Virus record (IMG/VR): IMGVR_UViG_3300021425_003324
Span: 22,417-86,416 of that record
DNA: 64,000 nucleotides
Source of the DNA: a virus
Lineage: Duplodnaviria; Caudoviricetes
Strand: one strand, 5' to 3'
The position numbers and the translations under genes were made by a program. Shown piece after piece: positions 37,840 through 47,713 of the stretch; positions within the stretch are counted from its first letter, which is position 1, and each line of letters starts with the position of its first letter. The notes beneath the pieces were generated by a model. That model worked only from the letters and a program-made list of their open reading frames with translations. It searched no databases and was not told the DNA's origin.

Positions 37840-38622
37840 TCATGTAAAAGTAATTTTTACTGCTCCTGGCCCACCTGTTCCGCCTTGACCACAACAACTA
37901 GAACCACAGTATGTTGATTGAGCATTCTGACCTCCATGTCCTGGAGGTGCGATCCAACAACCGCATCTAATCCAACACACTGCAAGGGCGTGTGCAACTG
38001 TACCTCCTAAGAACGGTGCCGGGGTTGGTCTAGTATATTGATGATGGCAATGACAATTAAAAATTCCGCCAAACATACCTACATGATTTCCAAATCCAAA
38101 ATCACCTCCATTATTTCCCGGACTCAAACAACAGCTCCAGCAGCTAAGACAATAATTTGTCCAATCTGTGTTAGCTATTGCATAGTGACCTCCTATAGCA
38201 CAAAAATTACTAAGATTGTAACCGTTTACATAAGTTGTGCATCCGTTAGCAAGTCCTGTACATTCTCTGCTAAGACATCTGTAAACACCGCCTGCGCATA
38301 CAGTGTATTGGCATCCTGGCACTGTGTCTATCATTTTTGTGTTAAAATATCCACCACCGGCTCCGTGATAATGATGACATCTATCACAACTACAGGCACC
38401 AGTTCCGTTTCCACCTGCTCCCCACATTTCCCAGTAAACACGACGGGTACAGCCAGGAACAGTCCATAAACAGCAGCATCCAGGACTGCATCTACAATGA
38501 TTTCCTGTAACCCATTTTACACAATATCTGTGTCTAGCATCAGGTCCTAATTTTTCATTTGTAACAGTTCCGTCTATAAATTGTTCGGTTTTAATTTTTT
38601 TATAGCTCTCGTAAGTTGCCAT
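37840..38622 (-). CDS. Cys-rich glycine-rich-domain protein 1
   Basis: Full-length paralogue; coupled by TAATG to the upstream fibre adaptor. Confidence 0.75.
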   Translation of the reverse strand: MATYESYKKIKTEQFIDGTVTNEKLGPDARHRYCVKWVTGNHCRCSPGCCCLWTVPGCTRRVYWEMWGAGGNGTGACSCDRCHHYHGAGGGYFNTKMIDTVPGCQYTVCAGGVYRCLSRECTGLANGCTTYVNGYNLSNFCAIGGHYAIANTDWTNYCLSCWSCCLSPGNNGGDFGFGNHVGMFGGIFNCHCHHQYTRPTPAPFLGGTVAHALAVCWIRCGCWIAPPGHGGQNAQSTYCGSSCCGQGGTGGPGAVKITFT

Positions 38623-39248
38623 TATACTGTTATAATCCTCCAGCCGTAGGTAGAATTGCTGTAAACAATGTCAAATGCTGCATTTACAGTATCTACTTGC
38701 ATGTCTGCATTGTCTCCCATTATAACTTCTCCGTTCCGCACTAAAACTAAAGGATTTGTATCAAAAGTACCAGCTACATCAAAAAATCTTATAGTGTCTC
38801 CCATTGCAGGACTTAATGGAAGTGTTGCAGCAATAAATCCTGCCGTTGTATTTACAAAATATGCTTGCCAGGATTCTGCAGTAAATCCACCCACTTTAAC
38901 TGAATAAAGATATTTAACGCTTTCCCATCTTAAATTTGTAGAACCATCAGTAACTATTGCTTGCGTGTCTGTACCATCTTGTGGCGGTAAAATATATGTT
39001 GTATCTTGTGCAGTCTCACTTGGTTGGAATGCTGTAAAACCGCCACTAGTTGCATTAAATTTTAATGCCAAATTATCATTAATATTAAATTCCGAGTCTG
39101 TTGACACAGTCCCTGCTGAATCACCTACTACTAATCCAAGTGATGTAAACTCAATTTTAGTTGGAGAATCTGGAACGCTCATTATCCTTTGCGACATATG
39201 AACTAGTGAGTTGTTAATAGGATATTTTCCAACTGTAATTCTTCTCAT
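38622..39248 (-). CDS. Fibre adaptor with T4 gp9/gp10-like C-terminal domain
   Basis: YFVNTT....TLP.SP..GDTIRFFD..GTF.TNPL...RNG..IMG...VYS....GW. Confidence 0.65.
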   Translation of the reverse strand: MRRITVGKYPINNSLVHMSQRIMSVPDSPTKIEFTSLGLVVGDSAGTVSTDSEFNINDNLALKFNATSGGFTAFQPSETAQDTTYILPPQDGTDTQAIVTDGSTNLRWESVKYLYSVKVGGFTAESWQAYFVNTTAGFIAATLPLSPAMGDTIRFFDVAGTFDTNPLVLVRNGEVIMGDNADMQVDTVNAAFDIVYSNSTYGWRIITV

Positions 39249-39260
39249 TAATCTTCCTTT

Positions 39261-39581
39261 TTATAGCGTTGTTGTCTCTATTCCATAAACAAATGCTGTA
39301 ACATTTGCTGCATCTGCTCTAACAATAATTTGTTTGTCTGCATTAACTACAATTCCTGTTCTTTCTATGCTACCTGATGGTAATAATTCTACATTAAATT
39401 CTAAGTATTCAGCAGTCGTAGGACTTGCTGTATCTGAAATTGCAATGTTACAAAACACACTTGCAGATCCTCTGTTACATAAGTTTACAGTTATAACTGA
39501 AAATGTTGTTTCTGGTACAACATACAATGATGTGTCTACACCTGCAGTTAACTCTGCATTTCCTAAAATTCCTGTTGCCAT
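39261..39581 (-). CDS. Small beta-rich virion protein
   Basis: 106 aa; LYVVP..T...VNLCN pattern; resembles 53544-53864. Confidence 0.7.
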   Translation of the reverse strand: MATGILGNAELTAGVDTSLYVVPETTFSVITVNLCNRGSASVFCNIAISDTASPTTAEYLEFNVELLPSGSIERTGIVVNADKQIIVRADAANVTAFVYGIETTTL

Positions 39582-39597
39582 TAATATTTCTCCAATG

Positions 39598-39605
39598 TAT
39601 TTATC
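39598..39605 (-). promoter_or_regulatory. Late-type promoter GATAAATA overlapping a stop codon
   Basis: GATAAATA-catt-GGAG-aaatatta-ATG. Confidence 0.65.
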
Positions 39606-42600
39606 TTAAAAAGTAATTGAGCGCTAATGGTATACCTGTCACACCTCCAAGGAAGTTTGCAGTTGCGTTAAATTGTATACTTGCACCAGTTACTGTTGAA
39701 ATTAAATTTGTACTTATAAATATGTCACCTGCAGTTAACGAGTTAACATTAAGTGAAGCACCACCTCCACCAATTTGAGCTTCGATATAAGCTTTTATTG
39801 CTCTTTGCGTTGGTATCACTGAATCACTATCTGCAGTCATAAACGGATCTGTTGAAAATTCACTTACTGTTGCAGAACTTCCACCGAGAGTAACTTCACC
39901 TAAACTTAATTCTTGTAATCCTGCAATATTAAATGCGTCTGCATTTAGAGTAGCAATACCTGTTGATTGTTCTACATTAAATAGATTACCTACCCTAAAG
40001 TTTCCATCTTGATCAGTGGCAGTAAAAAATACTCTACCGCCAGCAGATTCAACAGTTTCGTATTGTTGATTTGGATCTTGGAAAGGTACTCCTGGATAAT
40101 TTGTACTCGCAAAATTACCAGTTCCTATATCTAAGAAGTCATGTCCTGTTAGACGCACCTGTGAATATCTTATTCTCATATTCAAAGCGGTTTTATCTGG
40201 GGGAGGACTAGTACTAGGCATTCCTGGTGATAAGTTTAAAAATCCAGTATAACCTCCATCATTTGCTCCTAGGAATGTTACAACATTTACTAATTTAAAC
40301 ACATCATTTGGTAAATGATCAAACACTACGTTTGAACCTGCTACTGGCACATCAGACATTCTTCTAACAGCAACAAAAATTCCACTTTGATCAAATTCTG
40401 CATATCCATTTGATTCAGTTGCGCTGATATTTCCACTAGCTGCTTCATACCCTATACCTCTGTTTGTGAATGTTGGATTAGCTAAAACTCCGCTACCTGT
40501 TTTAACGGTATAAGTTACGTCATAGATATTGTTAGGATCTGTTACGGTTAAAGTCGGTACGCTTGTGTACCCACTTCCAGGTTCTACTATTCTTATTGCA
40601 AATATTTTTTCATTTGCAATACTAGGGCGAGCAAATGCTTGCATGCCTAATGTCATCCTAACTACATGAGTTTGTACATCTGATCCTTTTAATATCCACA
40701 CAGGCTCTAAATCTGGATTACCAAAACCTAAAGCATTATATCCATTATTGCCTGCTTGTGCAACAACTGAACGTAATTCCCAATTTGCACAATCTATAGA
40801 AGTTCTAATATTTTCGCCTTGCAAGTTATCTATTACAACAAATTGTCCTTGGGCATATTTTATGTCCTTAGAAACTCCTAAAGTAGAACCATCTGCTGGC
40901 AAATCTACAAGCGTCCAACTTTCTCCTCTATCTAATGAATAAATTAGATCATTTTGATCTTGCGATACAACTGCAAATCTGTTTGCGCCAAATGTAATAG
41001 CACTCCAATTCCTTACAATTGGAGCTAATAATTCATCTGTAAGTAAGACTTTTGTCCATAAACTTGGATTTTGATATTCTGCATATGCAATTGTATTACT
41101 GTCGTCTAAAGCAACTACTAAGCGATTGGCTCCAAACGTAATTCCTACCCAACCGGTCTGATCAGGCAAAGCATTTGCATATTGGGTCCAAGTATTACCT
41201 TCGTCGTCTGAGACTAAAACATCTCTTGATCCTTTAAACATTAAGTAAAACTTGCCTTGACCGTATGTAATGTATGGTTCGCTATCGTAAGCATTTGGTA
41301 ATGCTACAGCACCCCAATTAACATTATCATATGATTGGAATACTTGATTTTGAGATGTGCTCTGAGTTACAATCACAGTTGAACTTACTGCAATATCGCT
41401 AGATCCGTCATATAAAATAGCATTCGCAATTTTTGCTGGTCCTGATTGTCCACTTCCTCCAACAGATAAATTTGTCCATGTTGTACCGTCTGTGCTTTTT
41501 TCTATGCTTGTGCTTGAGTTACCGACTGCGATAAAATCTCCGCTGCAACCAAACCCTTCTTGATCAAATTCTAAAATTGCACCAGTAGTGCTATCACATG
41601 CAGAAGCAATTATTTCTAAATCATTCAGTGGTGTCATTCCGCCTAATTGATCCCCTGGGATAGTTATACTGTCACCTGTTACATAGTTTGCACCACCATT
41701 AGTTACTGCGACTATATACTTACTACCTACCCTGTTAACTGTAAAAGTTGCTCCTGCTCCTATGTCTGAAACAACTAATCCTTGGGTTGGGTTTACATAT
41801 TCTATGCTCGTGTAACACCATGTAATGTCTGTTGTATCCTGCGATGCGCTTAAAGCTGTTGCAGTTGTACTAAACGGAGGTGCTGAAATTGTTATTTTAG
41901 GTTCAATCTGATATACCGAACTTGCATTAGGTGCGGCAATAGGTGTACCTGGATTTAAATGTTCCCAACCAGGTGTTGTTTCATCATTTTTAACCACAGT
42001 TGCAGTTTTGCTTCCCGAATTATATGTATCAATGATAGCATATTGGCCTACACCTGTTCCTCCAGTAATAAAAATTCTCATTTGTTTGCCGGAATATGCT
42101 GTATCAGGATTACCGTCTGTCGCTGCTAGCGTTAAACTTGTTAATGTTCCAGTTTGAGCGGTATTTGAAACAATTAAGTAACCACTACCGCCAAATTGTT
42201 CTTCGTCACCTGTTAAATCAGTAATCTCTACCCTATTGACAGCCCTGTCTCTAAATTCATCTGTATATGTAGATGCATTTATGCCTGCACCAAAAACATT
42301 TATCACAGCTTCTGTATAAGCTTCTCCTGCATGTGAAAATTCTACATTAATTATTTCGTCACCTGTTACGTTGACATTTGAAATGTCAGCGTTAAATTGA
42401 AATCTATTGTCAACTACAGCAGTTACGGGTGTTTCATCAGGGTCTACACCTTCTGCAACAGATCCAAACTTGCCATAACTGTTGTTACCATTAGTAGCTC
42501 TAATTCTGCCACCGTTTTCTGCCAAGTATCCTATGTGTGAATAGTATGTAAACACAGATACAAGCTCTGCCCTACCATTATTTGTTATCCAAGCTCCAAT

Positions 42601-45600
42601 ACCGTCACTAATAACCTGGGTAAAATCATTTGAAACGATTGAATCATTACCGCCGTTATGTAATGCACCATCTATCTTTTGTCCTATTGCAGCATGTCCA
42701 AATGTTGTTAAATTTTGCACATACGGTGATCTAGTTGTTATCCATACAGATTCGTCATCTGGTCCCCAACCTGGGTCTAAAGATGCATAAGCTCCTGCTG
42801 TTGGTCTCTGTGTTCCTAATAAATTTCCAGCATCAAGATCTCCGTCTAATCCGTCTACAGTCTGTAAGCGTAATCCGGTTGCATTCCTTAGATAGTACAT
42901 ATCTTCTTCTTTAGAACCTAACACACTGTTCACATAATATCTTGCACTTAATTTTGATTTGTAGTATGCAGGTAAATTAAATGTAAAATCGTACTGACGT
43001 AAAACACTGTTTGTAGCAAATCTTCTCTCCCATTGTTGCGGATACACTAAATCCCATCTCATGCCATGGATTATACTTTTTAAATCTCTTGTACATAGTG
43101 TTCTGTTGTATTCGTAAGCAGTTCGGATCGCTAAATTTAAACCTGTGTAATCATTAGCAAATTCTACAGGACTATTAGTAGGATCAATAAGCCTAATTTT
43201 AGTTGCACTTACAATTCTACCAATAGTGTATGTAGCTGAAAAATCAAAGGTAAATGTGTCTGGAAACACAAATTCATCAGTATTAGTTATAATAACTTCC
43301 ATTCCTACTTCTAACCATTGCGTAGTAGCTAATGTCATTGTGTTGTCTGATGCGGTTATGTCAGTAATTACATCTGCATGATAATTATCAACTTTGTTTA
43401 AAACGTCTGCAACAATAAATTCTTTATTTAAATCTAATATCCTACTATTTGCATACAAATCTTTTTCAGCAGTTTGTCGGTTGTTTCCTTCTGGGTTAAA
43501 ACCAAAAATTATATCATTAACAAAGTCTATAGTGTAATCTATTTGATCTTTCGCTGCTTGTTCAGAAACTATGTTTTTTGCCAAAATTCTAACATATTCA
43601 TTTGCAGCAATAGTAGCTTCTTTTTGATATCCGGATACTTTTGCTGAAGGTAGTCTTGCATAACTGTAAGCTGCAACTATTGAAGCAAAATTTGTATCTA
43701 AACACCAATCATATATAGCAGCATCTAATATCAAACCTATGTCTCTTGAACATTTTGCATGGTTAAAATCAAATCCACTGTATACAGTTGTAATATCTTG
43801 TAAAGCAGTGTTGATATGAGCAGTTTTTAGTGTACCATTAATGGTATTTACTGCTGTTACAAGATCGGTACTCAACCAATTAGTGTCTGGTTGTAGTGCT
43901 GCAGGAACTGTTGTCGGATCATTTGCAGTTATAGAGTCAGTAATTATAGCTCGTAGTACATCAATTTTACTATCTTCTGTTGCGCCTGCAACTGAACCAG
44001 TGTAAGGTTGATTTCCACCGCCTAGTGTATTTTGGAAAGCTTGTTTGACATTTGTAGCTAAACTTGTATATAATTGTACACTTGCTGCTCGTTCTGCTGA
44101 TGTGCCGTATACTGATTCACCAGTTATATTGTTATATAATGCTCTAACAACATTTAAAGTTGCAATATTACATCCGCCTCCGTCTGGTGTTTGATCATAA
44201 TTTATGTCAAATGCCCAAGATTCTAATGTTCTTGCTAAATCTTGTTTACATTTTGTTTGTAATGCAGTACTTAGTTGTTGCCAATACGAGTTTGCATTTG
44301 CAGTAAAATCTACAATATAATCTCGATTATTTATAATTTGAAGTCTAGCGTATTCTCGGGTTGTTACTCCGCCTGGAATGCTATAATAGGATACAGCAGG
44401 AGCACTAGCATCGCCATTATTAAATATAGTAGTTAAATTATTTTGACTAGCAGTAACTAGAACGGTTGCTCCGTATGAATCTGGATTGTTTTGGGCCACA
44501 TAATCTGCATTTATTTCACTAGCAATTACTCCTACGCCAAATAGTTCCTGTTGGGCTTGTTCTTGCTTTACAACACTTGATTGTGCTCTGTTGTATGCAT
44601 ATCCAGTGTATATACCCCAAAAATTTGTTTGAAGAGATGAGTCTAACATGAATGCCTCATGTATATATCCTAAATCTCTTCTACAATATTCTCCTCTATA
44701 TGTAAAACTTCCAAATTTACTGATTATAAAATCAATAGTTTGTTCTTGGATACTAATATAATTGCTTTCTAAATTATAAGCATCTGTTTGTAATGCGGAT
44801 GCTGCAGCACTATAATCTGGATAAGTGATAGCAGGTAAATTATTTTTGTCAGTAACAATAGTAATGAAAGTATTCATCAATGTAAAAATTGTATTACTTA
44901 CAGTACCATTAGCTGAATTTATAGTAATAATTTGTGATATTTCAGTTTGATACGGATTTATAATTGTATTGTTTATAGCTACATTTTGTAAAACTGATTG
45001 TAAATAGCTGTAGGCATCTAATGTAGCAGTCAACTCACTTGTATTAATTTGCAAAGCATTACCTGTTACTCCGCCATAATATGCTAAGGCTGCATTTATC
45101 GTTTGCCAATTTCCACCGTAAACTAAATCATAGCAAACTGCATCAATTACGTAACCAACATCTTGTAAACACTTTGTTCTGCTATAGGCTAATCCAGGAT
45201 ATTGAGCATCTATAAAACCTCTAATTTCTCTTTTAATGAAATCTCTATTTAAGAAAAGATTTTCTTTTGCGTATCCATAAACAGGCTCAGCTAGCAAATA
45301 TGTAGCAGGAAAAACTGCCTCAGTTTTTCTTCCAATTCCGTGATCAATAAATCTTTTAATTACTCTTGCTAGTTTTGTAGTTGCTAAAGCTGTACTAGGA
45401 CTACCTATTGGCCAATCTATTAATTGAGATTCATTATTTCCTAATTCTGCATTAACTGTTATCCCTTGACTAATATCTCCTAAAATATTTTCTAAATGAT
45501 CTAAAGCAGCATATGTATATTTTATATCAGTTACCGGCGTTAATCCATTTTCAACTTTCCTTGGATACACAGTAACTGACCTTAATTCGTCTCCCATAAC

Positions 45601-47676
45601 ACAACACTGAGCCGGAACAATTATAGGTAAAACTTCATAATATTTTCCGGTAGCTACTCTAATCAATGTATTAGTCTCTATCCTAGTTGGAATTCCGGTT
45701 TCATCACCTGCTGCTATCGCAGTTGTAATTATATTTGTTAATTCAGTTATTCTCGGATATACCTGTTCTACATCTAAGTTTATGTTTTTATATTGTGGAA
45801 CAACTGCTGTAGAATTATCTCCATTGAAAACTTGCCAACTATTTGTTCCTGATGTTTCTATTTCTAAAGGATCGGTTTGATTAACAACATTTTCCATTAA
45901 TGCTAGTGCAAAATTAATGCTTGCATTTGTTTCAGCAGCTTGATTTAAAAGATAAAAATTGCCTCTTTGCCTTATATAACTTAGTCCAACGTCTCTTACT
46001 TTTACATTTCCGCCATGTGTTAAATCATGAATAATTGCATCAACTATAAAACCAATATCTCTTTCACATTTTTCTCTATTATAATTAAAATTCGCCGTAA
46101 AAGGTGTATTACCTTGTGTAATTTGATAATCTGTCCACTCTACAGTTTCTCTTTGTATGTAAATTCTATTTAGGTCTAATATCTGTCTTGCAGCAGGATA
46201 TTTTGTTCCGTCTAAAATTTGTTGGGCAGCATATCTTATACTTGCCCAAGGAGATTCTATCGTTGTCCCTCTAATAGGCGCAGGTTGATCAACACCTGTA
46301 GTTGACACATAATAAACATCTGGATTTTGTCCAAAAAATGTCCATTCAGGTGTAGCATCTGCAGATACTCTTAAAACTTGACCTTCTTTTCCTATAGGAA
46401 GACGTGTAGGACCAGCACCACCGTAATATACTAAATCTCCCAACTGTTCTAGTGCATCTGTTTCTGAACCTATTGCAAGTACATTCCAGTATCTACCAGT
46501 TATATCTAAATCTGGTCTACTATTTTCTGCTCCTCCTCCTGGAGGTGTTTTTGTTTCTGTTGAAAAATCATCATCATCACTTACGTGAGATTCTATACAC
46601 ACATATGACGATTTATCATATCTAACAACATCACCTACAACATAATATCCATCATCTACCCATTGTCCTCTCCAGCGTAGACCTGTTGACATTAAGTCCC
46701 AATAGTTCTCCCAACCTGTAACTTCCCCAGGTTCAATAGCACTGTTATCAGCAGTAGCAACATAAACAGAACTTCCTACAGTTACAACATTTCCAGTTCT
46801 ATATTCTTGAGCACTGTCTAATGCACCCCATTCTCCACTAAATGCAAAACCTTTTGCAAAAACTTTCCAGGTTACAGCAGAGCTTGTTGGCTGTGTATTA
46901 ATATTTTGAATAAGAGCTATGTATTGATAACCGCCCCAAACCACAATATCGCCTGCTTGATATGTAGTTGTTGAATCCCACTCGTCTTCGAAGCTTACTC
47001 CTTCTACAAATGTGTCCCATTTAAAATTATCGCTTCCAAATTCAGTAGCTGATGTATGATATTCATTACATAGATATAATCCAGCTCCGTATTTTACTAC
47101 ATCATTGACTTTGTATCTAGTAGACGGCGTCCATAATCCTTTCCAGTCTATACCTGAAGTAAATCTATCCCATTTTGATAGATCATTTTCTAAACCAGAA
47201 GCATTACTTGCTGCAGATAAATGTTCAGTGTTACATACCCAAGTCCCGCTACCATATTTTACAATTTCATTTGGTCTGTATGTGGTATTGATATCCCAAT
47301 TACCTTTCCACTCTAATCCTGTAGCAAATACATCCCAATTTTGTATTTCGTCACCTAAATTTTGTTCTAAGTCGCTAGTAGATGTATGTACTATTTTACA
47401 AATGTACAAACCAGCACCAAATTTAACTATATCGTTGTAAACATAATAAGTAGAATTTTGCCATTCACCTTTCCAGGTTTGCCCGTCAGCCATCAGTTGC
47501 CACTTTGGAGGAGCACTGTCTAAATCGTCATAAAATGACGGTAAACTTGTGTGTCCTAAAACACAAATATATAATCTACCTCCGATTTGAACAACATCAT
47601 CTCTATAATAAGTTGTGCCAGTAGTCCATGTATTTTTCCATACAAACCTAATTCTACCAAGTTTAAACTCTGCCAT
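39601..47676 (-). CDS. 2691-aa virion structural protein: Trp-rich CBM5/12-like repeats, pectin-lyase-like segments, six helical CxxD repeats, Asp-box-like propeller
   Basis: WKGxW....Y...DxVxYG..YxC...H repeats; MGDELRS; SPYVQN..GGNDSIVSNDFTQ; STDGTTW and SLDRGESW; TGHDFLDIGTGNF. Confidence 0.8.
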   Translation of the reverse strand: MAEFKLGRIRFVWKNTWTTGTTYYRDDVVQIGGRLYICVLGHTSLPSFYDDLDSAPPKWQLMADGQTWKGEWQNSTYYVYNDIVKFGAGLYICKIVHTSTSDLEQNLGDEIQNWDVFATGLEWKGNWDINTTYRPNEIVKYGSGTWVCNTEHLSAASNASGLENDLSKWDRFTSGIDWKGLWTPSTRYKVNDVVKYGAGLYLCNEYHTSATEFGSDNFKWDTFVEGVSFEDEWDSTTTYQAGDIVVWGGYQYIALIQNINTQPTSSAVTWKVFAKGFAFSGEWGALDSAQEYRTGNVVTVGSSVYVATADNSAIEPGEVTGWENYWDLMSTGLRWRGQWVDDGYYVVGDVVRYDKSSYVCIESHVSDDDDFSTETKTPPGGGAENSRPDLDITGRYWNVLAIGSETDALEQLGDLVYYGGAGPTRLPIGKEGQVLRVSADATPEWTFFGQNPDVYYVSTTGVDQPAPIRGTTIESPWASIRYAAQQILDGTKYPAARQILDLNRIYIQRETVEWTDYQITQGNTPFTANFNYNREKCERDIGFIVDAIIHDLTHGGNVKVRDVGLSYIRQRGNFYLLNQAAETNASINFALALMENVVNQTDPLEIETSGTNSWQVFNGDNSTAVVPQYKNINLDVEQVYPRITELTNIITTAIAAGDETGIPTRIETNTLIRVATGKYYEVLPIIVPAQCCVMGDELRSVTVYPRKVENGLTPVTDIKYTYAALDHLENILGDISQGITVNAELGNNESQLIDWPIGSPSTALATTKLARVIKRFIDHGIGRKTEAVFPATYLLAEPVYGYAKENLFLNRDFIKREIRGFIDAQYPGLAYSRTKCLQDVGYVIDAVCYDLVYGGNWQTINAALAYYGGVTGNALQINTSELTATLDAYSYLQSVLQNVAINNTIINPYQTEISQIITINSANGTVSNTIFTLMNTFITIVTDKNNLPAITYPDYSAAASALQTDAYNLESNYISIQEQTIDFIISKFGSFTYRGEYCRRDLGYIHEAFMLDSSLQTNFWGIYTGYAYNRAQSSVVKQEQAQQELFGVGVIASEINADYVAQNNPDSYGATVLVTASQNNLTTIFNNGDASAPAVSYYSIPGGVTTREYARLQIINNRDYIVDFTANANSYWQQLSTALQTKCKQDLARTLESWAFDINYDQTPDGGGCNIATLNVVRALYNNITGESVYGTSAERAASVQLYTSLATNVKQAFQNTLGGGNQPYTGSVAGATEDSKIDVLRAIITDSITANDPTTVPAALQPDTNWLSTDLVTAVNTINGTLKTAHINTALQDITTVYSGFDFNHAKCSRDIGLILDAAIYDWCLDTNFASIVAAYSYARLPSAKVSGYQKEATIAANEYVRILAKNIVSEQAAKDQIDYTIDFVNDIIFGFNPEGNNRQTAEKDLYANSRILDLNKEFIVADVLNKVDNYHADVITDITASDNTMTLATTQWLEVGMEVIITNTDEFVFPDTFTFDFSATYTIGRIVSATKIRLIDPTNSPVEFANDYTGLNLAIRTAYEYNRTLCTRDLKSIIHGMRWDLVYPQQWERRFATNSVLRQYDFTFNLPAYYKSKLSARYYVNSVLGSKEEDMYYLRNATGLRLQTVDGLDGDLDAGNLLGTQRPTAGAYASLDPGWGPDDESVWITTRSPYVQNLTTFGHAAIGQKIDGALHNGGNDSIVSNDFTQVISDGIGAWITNNGRAELVSVFTYYSHIGYLAENGGRIRATNGNNSYGKFGSVAEGVDPDETPVTAVVDNRFQFNADISNVNVTGDEIINVEFSHAGEAYTEAVINVFGAGINASTYTDEFRDRAVNRVEITDLTGDEEQFGGSGYLIVSNTAQTGTLTSLTLAATDGNPDTAYSGKQMRIFITGGTGVGQYAIIDTYNSGSKTATVVKNDETTPGWEHLNPGTPIAAPNASSVYQIEPKITISAPPFSTTATALSASQDTTDITWCYTSIEYVNPTQGLVVSDIGAGATFTVNRVGSKYIVAVTNGGANYVTGDSITIPGDQLGGMTPLNDLEIIASACDSTTGAILEFDQEGFGCSGDFIAVGNSSTSIEKSTDGTTWTNLSVGGSGQSGPAKIANAILYDGSSDIAVSSTVIVTQSTSQNQVFQSYDNVNWGAVALPNAYDSEPYITYGQGKFYLMFKGSRDVLVSDDEGNTWTQYANALPDQTGWVGITFGANRLVVALDDSNTIAYAEYQNPSLWTKVLLTDELLAPIVRNWSAITFGANRFAVVSQDQNDLIYSLDRGESWTLVDLPADGSTLGVSKDIKYAQGQFVVIDNLQGENIRTSIDCANWELRSVVAQAGNNGYNALGFGNPDLEPVWILKGSDVQTHVVRMTLGMQAFARPSIANEKIFAIRIVEPGSGYTSVPTLTVTDPNNIYDVTYTVKTGSGVLANPTFTNRGIGYEAASGNISATESNGYAEFDQSGIFVAVRRMSDVPVAGSNVVFDHLPNDVFKLVNVVTFLGANDGGYTGFLNLSPGMPSTSPPPDKTALNMRIRYSQVRLTGHDFLDIGTGNFASTNYPGVPFQDPNQQYETVESAGGRVFFTATDQDGNFRVGNLFNVEQSTGIATLNADAFNIAGLQELSLGEVTLGGSSATVSEFSTDPFMTADSDSVIPTQRAIKAYIEAQIGGGGASLNVNSLTAGDIFISTNLISTVTGASIQFNATANFLGGVTGIPLALNYFLR

Positions 47677-47698
47677 TAAAAATCTCCAATATTACTTA

Positions 47699-47706
47699 TA
47701 TTTAGC
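47699..47706 (-). promoter_or_regulatory. Late-type promoter GCTAAATA
   Basis: In the 37-bp gap before the GGAG SD and ATG 47676. Confidence 0.55.
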
Positions 47707-47713
47707 TTAATTG

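Noticed and set aside
36224-38622. Selenoproteins or stop-codon recoding in the Cys-rich genes
   Set aside because: The ORFs are full length and collinear with no in-frame TGA; TAA, TAG and TGA all end genes at tight junctions in this window.
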